This document shows positions 22,310-34,302 of a stretch of 64,000 nt of DNA, piece after piece. A program made the position numbers and the translations under genes. Source of the DNA: Octopus vulgaris (Eukaryota); contig OX597836.1 of assembly GCA_951406725.2 (NCBI GenBank), positions 21,328,001 through 21,392,000 of the forward strand. The letters run 5' to 3'. The notes under the pieces were generated by a model, which was given only the letters and a program-made list of their open reading frames with translations, was not told where the DNA came from and did no database searches. Numbering within the stretch: the stretch's first letter is position 1; each line of letters begins with the position of its first letter.

Positions 22310-22600
22310 ATCATCGTCATCGTTTAGCATCTGCTTTCCATGCTGGCATGGGCTGGACGGTGCAACTGGGGTCTGGGAAGCCAGAAGGCTGCACCGAGCC
22401 CAGTCTGATCTGGATGCCCTTCCTAACGCCAACCACTCCATGAGTGTAGTGGGTGCTTTTTACGTGCCAGACGAGGCTAGCAACGGCCACAATCGGATGG
22501 TGCCAGTCGGGGCGGCGCTGGCAACGGCCACATTCGGATGATTCTCTTATGTGCCACCGGCACTGGTATCACAGCTACAATTTCCATTGATGTTGATCAC
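22310..22600 (-). mobile_element. RTE LINE 3' UTR fragment
   Basis: Homology to 34303-34730. Confidence 0.75.
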
Positions 22601-22892
22601 ATCTCATCTGAAGATGAAATCAACAAACTGGAAAAAAACTTTTTAAATGTTAATCTAATTTAACTTCCCATCTCTCAGATGTCTATCATTTTTTGATTTG
22701 TTAATCTGTTTCTATTGATTAATTGCTTTTTTTTTTATAATCTGCACATCTTCAGTTGTAATCAATGATCAATATAGATGTTTCTTCGAGAGAGAGAAAG
22801 AATAAAGGAATAAATAAATAAATAATGTCTCTTCTCCTGGGGGCTGGGGTTTGTTGTGACTGGTGGAGATCGTTATGATATCAAACTTGTTA

Positions 22893-23112
22893 GGCGGCGA
22901 GCTGGCAGAAACGTTAGCACACCGGGCGAAATGCTTAGCGGTATTGCGTCTGTCGTTGCGTTCTGAGTTCAAATTCCACCGAGGTCAACTTTGCCTTTCA
23001 TCCTTTCGGGGTCGATAAATTAAGTACCAGTTATGCACTGGGGTCGATGTAATCGACTTAATCTGTTTGTTTGTCCCCTCTATGTTTAGCTTCTTGTGGG
23101 CAATAAAGAAAC
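22893..23112 (+). mobile_element. SINE family B monomer with 14-bp TSD
   Basis: TSD ATATCAAACTTGTT at 22878-22891 and 23115-23128. Confidence 0.9.
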
Positions 23113-24897
23113 ACATATCAAACTTGTTTCAGTGAATGAAATGGTTGGTGTTTTGTATCCTCATTAACAAGCACCACATCACTGTGGAATGGTGTAAAGG
23201 ACATTTCTTAGTATCTCTATCTTCCAAGAGTATGTAACCTGGCAAATGGATCGAATCCCCAACTTCTACACACGTAGTAACTGCTCTCCTCTTTGCCCCA
23301 ACTTCATTGACACAGAACGAACTGCTATTGTGTACTTTACGAACTGGTATTTATCTTTATCTTGTGTAAAGCATTCTAGAGGCTCCAGAAGAACATCCAA
23401 AAGACCGTGTCATGTGACCTTATCCTAAGGCCGTGATTAGTTGGCTTTGGACAGTGGCACGAAATAAAGTAGAGACAAACCGTGCCACATGTCAACCAAT
23501 CAGATCAGTGGACACAACAGGAACAACCCAGCCAAAGATGGCTGTAATCTCAAACGAGATCATTCCTGTTGTCTCTCAAACAGTGAGGAAATCAGCTACC
23601 GCTACAACTATCACTTCCACTGTATTGCAGTGGAACAATATGTTGTTGAGACTTTGCTAAAGAATGGAAAATGGTGGTGGTTGTGATGGCTGGAAGCTAG
23701 ATAAGTCTATAAGTTGATACTGGTCTTCCTTTCTGGTCAGTTCAGTTCAACTGCAAAGAGTGAACTCCTAATGCTTTGGATAAAAAACACTATTGATTTT
23801 CTTTTATTTCTGAAGTATTGTTACTGCTTACAGATGAAGGTTGTTAATCCTGTAATACCTATTCATAGCAACATAAAATGAGCAGCTTGAAAGTTATACA
23901 GGGTGTAGCAAAAAAAAGTAAATAAAAATCTTCCAAGTACACCATCCTTGATAAACATTTGAAGCAAACACATTGTGTGCACCAATCCAAACTCTGATGG
24001 TAAAAAAGGAGGGGGGGGGAAAGAAAGCATTGATGTGGGTGTTGGAGCTACATAAAAAGCATTAGATGTCCAGTTATAGAAACTATGTTAAAACAGACTA
24101 TGAAACTTGACGTAGCCCCTTATTTTGTCCATTCCTGTCAAGCTGTCTAACCCATGCCATCATGGAAAACGGAAGTTAAATGATGATGGTGAAGACATAG
24201 TTACTGCTTGCCCAACTTCATTTGTAGCTGTACTGAAAGTGCTATATAGTGTACTCTACACCCATAGTCCATGTAGTAAGGGTGTAGAGCAGACTGCCCA
24301 ACCATATCCCTTTCTCTTATCCTCTTCTGCATCACTGTCTCCCCTAACTTGTAGCTTCTTGCTTGTCCACTCTGTACGTCTTTCTTGCTCATATGGGCAT
24401 GACATGGTCCTCCAACTTATCTAGAAGGGCAGTAACTTTAAATAAGAAGGACCACTCAATAGATTGGCATTCCATCCCTAACGGCCATACTCCAGCCTCT
24501 TCTCGAGCGTGCTTGTTGTCTCCGCTCTCTCTCTCTCTCTCTCTTTTCTGCTGCTACTATCATGATCTCTGCTCTTTCTATTCTTACTATCATGACCTCC
24601 ACCTCCTGTCAACTTGCTGCAGCCCTCACCCCTTAACCTACATTGACCACTATGCCTAATCCTTCTCCCTTGAAATGTGTTCCCTCTGAAATCTTCTCTC
24701 CACTCATATCTTTCCTGCACTTGTTGACCTACATCTGTTTAAAAGGAATGAGGAGTAGTGCATACAAACACATTCATATACATGCACATACATGTTTATA
24801 TATATATAATGGATTAAAAGCAGTGCTAGTATTGTAAACATTATTGACTGCACATACTAGGATGTATGTGTTGTTTGTTTGCAGGTTCACTCTAGTA

Positions 24898-25392
24898 TGT
24901 TAGTTAGTTAATTTTTTGGCTCAAAAAGCAAAAAGCAAGGCCATGTAGGAGGACATGGAGTTAAGTACAGGGTGGTGTTCATGTAAAGAGTTCAGGCCAC
25001 TTGAGGTCAAGGGAGACTTTGAACAAAGCGGTCGTCGGCATCTTCACCATCTCGTCTGGCAGCTTGTTCCACGGATCCGCAACCCGGACGGAGAAAGCTC
25101 CTCTCCTTCGATTGAGATGAAATCGTCGCAGGTAGAGATTTTCGGAATGACCCCGCAGTCGACGCTCTGGGGTAGGAGTGAAGAACAGCTCTTTCGAAAG
25201 GTTACATTTTCCGCTTATGATGTTGTGAGCGAGAATGAGATCACCACGGCGGCGGCGTTTTTCTAGAGAATAAAGGTCGAGTGTCTTCAGCCTTTCTTCA
25301 TAAGACAAATTCTTGAGACCATGAACCATGCGGGTAGCCAGCTTCTGGACTCTTTCGAGATGCTGTATGTCTTTGAGGAGATAAGGAGAAGA
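24898..25392 (-). mobile_element. CR1-clade LINE 3' end
   Basis: SPYLLKDIQHLERVQKLATRMV.GL..LSYEERL..L.LYSLEKRR.RGDLI...RGH...FS.RV...WN.LP; (TAAC)n tail. Confidence 0.9.
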
Positions 25393-25667
25393 GGCTTTAT
25401 CATGCTTGTGTTTGACCCGTTTGAAAACCGATGTCAGTTTGTTTACAGAGACAGCTCCCTTATTATGCTGGGTGTTAAAACACCTGGAAGTCATTGGTGG
25501 GACAACTTGCTTCTGACTGAGTTCAGGAGTGATGTATGCTGACATTTCGTCATTTTTGTGGTTTATCAAGATGTGTGATGTTGGTAAGTGACAAAATGGT
25601 GAAATATCAGTATGGCTCATTCTCTATTGGCAAGAAATCTTGAAATAAAACTGAAATAAAAAATAAC

Positions 25668-26121
25668 GACTGATTGACCTACTGACTGATATACATGCAT
25701 GCATGTACACACACACACACACATAAAATTTCAATTTTCAGACCTTTTTGTCTGTAACATTGGTTGTCAAGCGATGGTGGGAGGACAAACACAGATACAC
25801 ATGCACACACACACTATATATATATATATATATATATGTTCTTTCAGTTTCTGTCTGCCAAATCCACTCACAAGGCTTTGGTCAGCCTGAGGCTATAGTA
25901 GATGACATTTGCCAAAGCCTTGTGAGTGGATTTGGTAGACAGAAACTGAAAGAACATATATATATATATATATATATAGTGTGTGTGCATGTGTGTCTGT
26001 GTTTGTCCTCCCACCATCGCTTGACAACCAATGTTACAGACAAAAAGGTCTGAAAATTAAAATTTTATGTATGTATGTGTGTACATGCATGCATGTATAT
26101 CAGTCAGTTAGTCAATCAGTC
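25668..26121. repeat. Fold-back inverted duplication (about 213-bp arms, 30-nt spacer) of a SINE A fragment plus flank
   Basis: 25668-25881 is complementary to 25912-26121 with a few mismatches. Confidence 0.93.
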
Positions 26122-26159
26122 ACTATTAAGGGGTATATATATATATATATATATATATA

Positions 26160-26315
26160 GGAAGAGTTTACAGAAAAAAAAAAAGATGAAGACAGGTGGT
26201 GTACAAAACAAACAGATGTATTAGTATAACGTTCAGGAATAGAAAAGGTCTTTTACATTTCGAGCCTACGCTCTTCTACAGAAAGGGACCCAGAAAAAAC
26301 AAGGAGAGAAAAAAA
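26160..26315 (-). mobile_element. Dispersed short repeat inserted in (TA)n carrying a hammerhead-like motif (probable Penelope-type end)
   Basis: Homologous to 45880-46040; motif described in findings. Confidence 0.6.
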
Positions 26316-27293
26316 AAATATATATATATATAAAGAGAGAAAGAGCTTCTTTCAGTTTCTGTCTAGAAAATCCACAAACAAGTAATGGTTGGTTGGGAGC
26401 TATGGTAGAAGAAACTTGTCCAAGTTGTGTAGTGGGATTGAACCTGAAATTGTGCAGTTAGGAAACAAAACTACTTAGCCATATAGCTGTATTTGCACCT
26501 TTTTATCCATATATATGTGTGTGTTTGTGCATATGCATTTATGTGTGTTTCCAATACATTATAATAATGCTAATTTAATATATGGAATTTTATATTTAAT
26601 TCAATAATTGGCTATTAGTTTGATTCCAGGCACAATTTCCTGTGCCTTTGAAGTTCAATATTCATATGAAATGTAAAATTATTGATCCTACATTCCGTAT
26701 GTTCATCTCTATAATACATTAAATCTGAAATTACAGACAGAGATTCATGTTTACCTCTTCGTCTTCTCATCATTCTAGATCAGTGAGTGTGTGCATGTGT
26801 CATAGACTGTATGTGAATTTGACATCAATGATGGGGCTAATTTTTATTTCCATTTCATGTGATTATAAGCTGAGTGAAATGGAATATATGCAGGTAAGGT
26901 GTGTGGTTAATAAATTCGTTTCTTTACTGCATATGGTTTTCGGGTTGGTTCAGTCACACTTTTAATTTTCTGAATTTTCTTTTTTTTTTGTTAATTAGTC
27001 CTATATTTTGACTTCAATCCCAGCAATAGACCACTAAACATGTTTATGGGGAGAAAGATATTGAAAAACATCAATACATCAGAGGAGGGTATCATGTGGT
27101 TGTGAGATGTGCTAATGGTAACAGCTAAATAGCCCTTAAATCTGACACAAAAAAACTTCTTTATTTATTTACTTAGTTGTATGAACTCCCATAATGTGGA
27201 ATACAAATTAACAAAATCAGAAATATTAAATTTCTAAATATCTCATAGAGATATGTACGATGGTGGGGCGATAGAATGGTTGTATACTGTCAA

Positions 27294-27560
27294 TTTTGTT
27301 AATTTGGTTGTATACTGTCAATTTAACGTGACAGTAGGGGATTACACTACCGCTGTTTAGCCCTAGGAAGCATCGACGCTTCCTGTCGGCTTTGACACAT
27401 TTTTTTCCTGTGTCCTTATATATTTACAAAATATATAAGGACACAGGAAAAAAATGTGTCAAAGCCGACAGGAAGCGTCGATGCTTCCTAGGGCTAAACA
27501 GCGGTAGTGTAATCCCCTACTGTCACGTTAAATTGACAGTATACAACCAAATTAACAAAA
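27294..27560. repeat. Perfect inverted repeat, 132-bp arms, 3-nt loop
   Basis: 27294-27425 is the exact rc of 27429-27560. Confidence 0.97.
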
Positions 27561-28203
27561 ATTTTCTGAAAATTCCAAAAACTAGAAAAAGTTACGAGGG
27601 GTTATATGGGGTACTTAAAGCAGAATTTGACCTGGTTTTCTTCCTGATACACACCATTTTGCCACAGTTTAGATATCAGTTTTTGAAAATTGAAAATGAT
27701 CAAATTAGACATTAGCGTGAGTAAAAATTGACTTGGAACCCAACAGAGGAAAGAATTTGGATCGTTGAACATGCGAAATTGTCTAGATATTTTATTAGCA
27801 ACCTCAGTTGCAACTAGGTCAAAGTTGAGGGGAAATTTCTTAAAAATAAAGTACCTGTTACCTGACAGTTTCAAACTGCTTCAACTGCAGTAACAACAAT
27901 ATTAGCTGATGTTTACTCCCAAAGATGATGCAAGAGTACAAAATGGTAATGTAATACTTACAATGTAATGTGTTCAGACAAGTAGTGGGAAAATAATGAG
28001 AAATTCATAATAACTCGTTTTGCCCCACTTCCCTGTAGTTATTTTAAGTATTTGACAAAATGATAAAAATAAAGAAAGCAGCTGACACAATTTCTTTGGG
28101 TGCAGATCCATGGTCTCTCAAGACCGATGGATGCCTACTACTATATGTATATATAATATGCATATATATATATATATGTATATTTGTATATATTTCTTTT
28201 TTC

Positions 28204-28610
28204 TTTTTTACTTGTTTCAGCCATTTGACTGCAGCCATGCTGGAGCACCGCCTTTAGTCGAGCAGATCGACCCTGGGACTTATTCTTTGTAAGCCCAGTA
28301 CTTATTCTATCGGTCTCTTTTTGCTGAACTGCTAAGTGACGGAGACATAAACACACCAGCATCGGTTGTCAAGCAGTGCTAGGGGGACAAACACAGACAC
28401 ACAAACATATACACACACATACATATATATATATATATACATATATACGACCGGCTTCTTTCAGTTTCCGTCTACCAAATCCACTCACAAGGCATTGGTC
28501 GGCCCGGGGCTATAGCAGAAGACACTTGCCCAAGATGCCACACAGTGGGACTGAACCCGGAACCATGTGGTTGGTAAGCAAGTTACTTACCACACAGCCA
28601 CTCCTGCACC
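28204..28610 (-). mobile_element. SINE family A, full length
   Basis: Closely matches the rc of 4617-5020. Confidence 0.9.
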
Positions 28611-28736
28611 TATATATATATATATATATATTTAAATAATGAGGGAGATAAATTGAATATTAATTTAATTAATATCAATTTAAAACCAGTAGCCTAGCAT
28701 ACAAAAATCTGAAAAATCAGAGAAAATTCTAATACA

Positions 28737-28909
28737 TGTGTATATTTAAAGAGCTAAAAGCCAATATGTGGTCAGCCATATGCTAGAACAATGTTCTGGT
28801 GTCCGCTGAATTTTTCTTTAGAGAACATTCTTTTCTTTGTAGTTTGATCGCAGGTGATCTACTTCTAGCATATGGCTGACCACATAGTGGTTTTTAGCCC
28901 TTTAAATAT

Positions 28910-28914
<5 letters not shown>
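28737..28914. repeat. Inverted repeat, 52-bp arms
   Basis: 28737-28788 is complementary to 28863-28914 with 3 mismatches. Confidence 0.85.
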
Positions 28915-28951
<37 letters not shown>

Positions 28952-29816
28952 GTATCTATGTGTGTGTGCCTTTGTGTTTGTGTTTCTCCACCACCACTGC
29001 TTGACAACTGTGTTGGTTTGTTTACATCCGTGTAACTTAAGGGTTCAACAAAACAAAAAAGATCACATATTGTCAATGTATTTATATCTTGAAAGTCTTA
29101 GAAGGAAGTCGTTTTCATTGATATCAATAAATGATATTTGTATGATGTAATACTTAACTGATTGTCAGTTGATGTAATCTGCTGTCTACACTTGTAGAAT
29201 AATAAAATTATTTTTATAATAATAATAATAATAATGAAATTATTGTATACAGTGCTCAGGTGCACCACAACTTGTCAAAAGTGTGTATAAAGCAAATGCA
29301 GTTTATTATGAGTTTATTAACTTTAACCGGAAAAGTGATTTTAATAAGGTAAATACTTTGCCCTTTGTTGCAATTCTTGAAGTAGCAACTTGCACTCCCA
29401 AGTGTATGGACACCCAGGTTGTAAGATCCCAAAGATCCCAACACAGAAATGCCTTTTTTTTATTGTTACTAATCATGTTGCTTATCCCCAGATTATCTCT
29501 CCAATTGAGCTGTTCCCATGACAAAGATATTTCAGCTATGACCTACATCTAGGACATGGTCCAAAGGAGATTTGACTGCTATTTCTGTTTATCTTCCTGT
29601 GCATACAATACCATGCAAATACACATAAAACATGCATTGTGTTTATTAATGTATAGCTACAGCCACACAACAATGCTAAATATACACACTTATGGTAGAA
29701 GTGAGCAAACAATGTTAATACATTGTTTAGTATGGTAACTGAGTGCAATCTTGATCTTGATAAACCTTTGTGATTAATGCAGGCCAGCCAGCATGGAAGG
29801 CGGTTGTTATATCATG

Positions 29817-29851
<35 letters not shown>

Positions 29852-29854
<3 letters not shown>

Positions 29855-29985
29855 ATTAATCAGCCGAAATTGCGAGGATGATCCGGTTCTTGACTGAAGA
29901 TTGAAAGCTTCGAATGTCCCATCCGTGTTTTTAGTATCGTCTTCTAAATGTTTTGCGTTCTTGTCCCAGTTTGTATTTTTTATAC
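29852..29985. repeat. Dispersed short repeat (second copy 59650-59790)
   Basis: AATCAGCCGAAATTGCGA.GATGATCCGGTTCTTGACTGAAGATTGAA... shared by both copies; both abut (TA)n. Confidence 0.75.
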
Positions 29986-30030
29986 ATATATGTATATATA
30001 CATATATATATATATGTATATATATATATG

Positions 30031-30062
<32 letters not shown>

Positions 30063-30321
30063 TATGCACACACACACACACATACATATATATATATGTC
30101 TCTTCACATAGGCATACATGATTACATATGTGGATATGGTGTGTGTGTGAGTGTGTGGGTGTTGTTATAGTTACATGCACCTACTTACACATGCAGTGGC
30201 CCAAGAACAAAATTTGCTTTGGCGGGGGCCAAACCCGGGTCCAAATTTTTTAATAAAAAATATGGATTTTGTTCAATGTTAACATTTAAACAATTGCAGG
30301 TATAATAATAATTTTTATTAT

Positions 30322-30800
30322 TATGAGGGTCAGCTGAAATGTCCATATGCTGAGCAAGACACTCTCAATGGAATGTGACCAAATTAAGTTAATTCTTTAA
30401 CTTAGTTCTTACTGTCCACACATTTCCCTAAGTAGTTGCAGTGCTTGGATTGCACTGGTGAAGAAGCTATTCTGTTGGTCAAAATGGTCATCAACAGCAG
30501 ATAAGACGTCATCATCATAGCTGAGTGTTTTTCTATGTTGGAAAACAGATGGTAACCAGTTGGAACCAAATCGCTAACATAGGGAGGGTGATCAACCACT
30601 TCAAAGTCAGTCATGCACAGCAGCCATTGATACCAAGGACTCATGTACTGAAGCATTGTCCTTATGAAACAAGATCCCATTCATCAGTTTTTCTGGGCAC
30701 TTGGTCTTGATAGCCTTTCATAAATGCCTAAGCAAGTTGGCATTGAACTTTACATTGATGGTGTGACCATTTTGAAGATAATCAATAAACATAGTATTTT
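30322..30800 (-). mobile_element. Decayed mariner transposase 3' fragment with TIR
   Basis: FEVVDHPPYVSDLVPTGYHLF (HPPYSPDLAP.D motif); TATGAGGGTCAGCTGAAA terminus. Confidence 0.75.
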
Positions 30801-31509
30801 TTGCATTAATGTATGAATGATATATGTAATAATGTGAAATATATTTTGCATATTAAAATGTTTAATTTTGGAAATATATCGAGTGAAGCAAACATAAGCA
30901 GTAATAATACAAATTGCAAGTATTTCAAAATGTGGGACACGACATGAAAACTAACAAAAAAGGAAGAAAATAGTGGTGCTTGTGTTCCAAAGGTACAATG
31001 AGAAGGCTCAAGAGAAGGATAGAAAGATGGGATAGAAAGGAAAGAAAAAAATGAAAAGTGAAAAGGTAAACTAGGGGTCTGAAGTGAATGCTAAGCAGGA
31101 GATGAAACAAAATACATGTCTTACCTATGCAGTGGTCAAGTAGAAAAAAGATCATTGATAAAAAAAATTGGATGGTCTTTTGGTGCCAAAAGGCAAAGAA
31201 AGAGAGACAGGGTGGAGTAGAGAAGGTTGGGGAAGAGCAAATATGGAGAAAGAGGGAGTGCAGAGGAAAAAGGGAATCAAGATAAATTCAATGAGTGCAG
31301 TCAATTTATTCGACTAAAACCTTCAATGCGGTGCCCCAGAATGTCTGCATTCCAGTGAATGAAACAAGTAAATAGTATAAGATAAAAGATAATACCTTTA
31401 CCTTCTACTTGTTTCAGTCACTGGACTGCAGGCTCAAAGGGTTAACAAAATTATGTGGCAACCTCACACGATAATTTTAGTTAAGACTAAATCTATAGAC
31501 AGGACAAGG

Positions 31510-31785
31510 TAGTTTGCTAAAACTTGTCCTTTCCGTTGTGCTGTGCCAGGTAAAGGTTCCTTCCCGTCGTGTCATGCCGTGCTGAGTTAAGGCCCCTTCT
31601 CATCATGTTGTGCCGTGCTGAGTTAAGGCTCCCTCCTGTCATGCTGTGCCATGTCGAGTTAAGGCAGTTTGCTAAAACTTGTCTCTTCCATTGTGCTGTG
31701 CCGTTCTGAGTTAAGGCTCCTTCTTGTCATGTCATACCTTGCTGAGTCAATGCTCCATCTTGTGCCATGCCAAGTTAAAACTTGT
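31510..31785. repeat. Degenerate minisatellite, about 38-40-bp units
   Basis: Recurrent GTGCTGTGCCGTGCTGAGTTAAGGC.CCTTC units (about 6). Confidence 0.75.
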
Positions 31786-31819
31786 CAACCCATATTGGCC
31801 AGGAGTATTGTCCATAATT

Positions 31820-32965
31820 GACCATAAAAAAAATCAATAAAATCTTGAAAGGGATACCTCTCTCTGTACAATATACACGAGTCTGGGGAATGGAGCAGTT
31901 CATGAACGAATCTTTGAACAGTGCTTGAGTCATCCAAGCTTTACAGTTTGAATGATAGTAAATGGGCAATGTATACTAGTTGATGTTCTTAAATACTGAT
32001 GGGTTTTCAAATGATTGATTAGAAAAGGTTTCAGCTTAAAACCTGTGGCATTACCACCAAGCAACAAAGTTAACCTATCCTTAAAAGCTTTGAATCTTGA
32101 CATCCTTTTTTCTTCTTTGTGTATGTATGTGTGAAAAGGCATATTTGTTCTGGTAGATAACCTTCTTCTTCAGTTAATTCATCAAAACTATCAATGAATT
32201 TTTGGGCTCCATCTTTATCTGCATTTCCTGCTTCTCCTGTGACACGTACAGTATGCAAAGCAAATCTCTTTTTAAAACACAGAAACCATCCATTACAAGC
32301 CTGAAAATTTTGTGCGTAATCATCTCCAGAACAGGATTTTAAAGCCTGAAACGGACTTCTAGCCTTTGTTTGCACTGTGAGAAGGCTCATGGGTGCTTTT
32401 TTCTGTATCAAATCTTCCATCCACTTGAATAATAATTTCTCCATTATAATAATTTCTCTGTTGTTGTCTGGTTAAAATTGTAGACTTCATAGGTGCAGAA
32501 CCTTTCACAGTTTCACAAATTATTTCTTCAGTTTCACGAATTATTTTCTTCAGTATCATCAATACCATAGAATACAATAACTTCAAGTCACGTGCTATTG
32601 TATTCAACTTCTTCCACCTTCATACTTCCGAGTAATCTTCATTTTACAGTCTAAATCAATAACCTTCTTTGACCTCTTAGCTGTAGATGAAAGCATTTTC
32701 CTTTTGCCAGTCATTTTAGGGGTATTTCAGATACAATTGTAACAAATCCACATGCAACTGATGCTTGAAAGGGACTGAGTGAGAGACAGTGTCAGGCTGT
32801 GGATGCCTGGATCTGAGGGAGGCCTGTGTTGCCAGATGCTGCCATAGTTATCATGTGCACAGCTGCCCAACGTCCGAAAATCGATTTTTAAATTATTTAT
32901 TTTTTGTGGTTGTAAGTACGGATGACCGTAAGTCGCATAGGTCATACGCTGAGGAAAAGGTGTAC
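31820..32965 (-). mobile_element. Tigger/pogo-like transposase pseudogene (5' part)
   Basis: MEKLL..WMED...A...F.A..GWF..FKKR......GEA..AD; KAFKDRLTLLLGGNA.GFKLKP; KAWMT..LF; FKILLI; several frameshifts. Confidence 0.88.
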
Positions 32966-33495
32966 ATTGCTTCAAGCTAGCAGAGTGATCAACACCCTTG
33001 ATCTCTCCCCAACCTATGTCCTTTCCCTTCCACCATTGGTTGGCTCCACTGTGCTTCGTGTGTCCCACATTTTATTGATAATTCCACCTCTTACTATCAC
33101 TTACCGGTATTGGACAATTCAAACAGCTCCTCTTTCCACAACATATCATACCAACTGCCCCACCTTTACACCTCCACATTGATCTTTTATGGCTATGTTA
33201 CCTTTATTTATTATCGTTCTGTTGTTGACCTACATTACAAGAATTTTAAATATACTTACTGTCAGAGGCAGTTTCAAGTTGAACTTGTATACATTAGAAG
33301 TGTGTGTATGTGTGCTTGTGTGTGTGTTTGTGTGTGTATGTGTGCTTGCAGGTGTGTGTGTTCGTGTATGTCAGTGCATGAATGTATGTGTGCGTGTTTA
33401 AATATTCATGAATGTCAGTGCCCAAAAGTGTGTTTGTGTGTGTGTGTGTGTGTGTGAACATATGTATGTGAAGGTGTGTGACTGAGTGATTAGGG

Positions 33496-33663
33496 CAGTG
33501 GTCCCCAACCTGTGGTTCGCAGATCCCTGGTGGTCTGCAAAGGTAGTAGTACTGGGGGTCCGTCAGCATGTTAAGCTGACAGACCTTTCAATATCCTGAG
33601 GTCTGTAAGAAATCTCATGTAAATAAAAGGGCTCCTTGGTAGTGAGAAGGTTAAGAACTACTG
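33496..33663. mobile_element. hAT (Charlie-like) MITE
   Basis: CAGTGGTCCCCAACC ... GGTTAAGAACTACTG termini. Confidence 0.65.
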
Positions 33664-33837
33664 GGTTAAGGTATTCAGCTCACGAATGTAAGGTTGTGAG
33701 TTCAATTCCCTGCGACACATCGTGTCCCTGAGCAAGACATATCTGTGGAGTACTCAGCCACTTTCCTGTTCATTTCATTAGCAGGTTGTTCTGTTGATCT
33801 GGTCAATTGAAACCCTTGTGGTCATAACCAATAAGTG

Positions 33838-34047
33838 CAAATTACATATCAATGTGTGTATGTGTGTGTGTATATATATATGTATATATAAAATTAACAA
33901 GTTACATATCTATGTGTATATATATATATATATATATAATTAACAAATTACATATCTATGTGTGTGTGTGTGATTGATTTAAGTATGTTTCTCCATTTTC
34001 TAATTTTGTAGTATATATATATATATAATTAACAAATTACATATCTA

Positions 34048-34081
<34 letters not shown>

Positions 34082-34100
34082 ATTAACAAATTACATACAT
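33838..34100. repeat. Compound minisatellite AATTAACAAATTACATATCTAT + (GT/AT)n
   Basis: Unit recurs at about 33839, 33892, 33938, 34027 and 34081. Confidence 0.75.
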
Positions 34101-34302
34101 ATATGTATGTATGTATATATGTGTGTGTGTATGTATGTATGTCTATATGTATGTATGTATGTATGTATGACTGTATCTCTGCCTATAACAGTAATACCCG
34201 AATTAACACTCTGGATACATCCCTGGAAATGCTAACTGTTACAGCACTATTCAAGCTCATTATAATATAGCTTAAGTGGAGACACAATCTATACACATCA
34301 GT

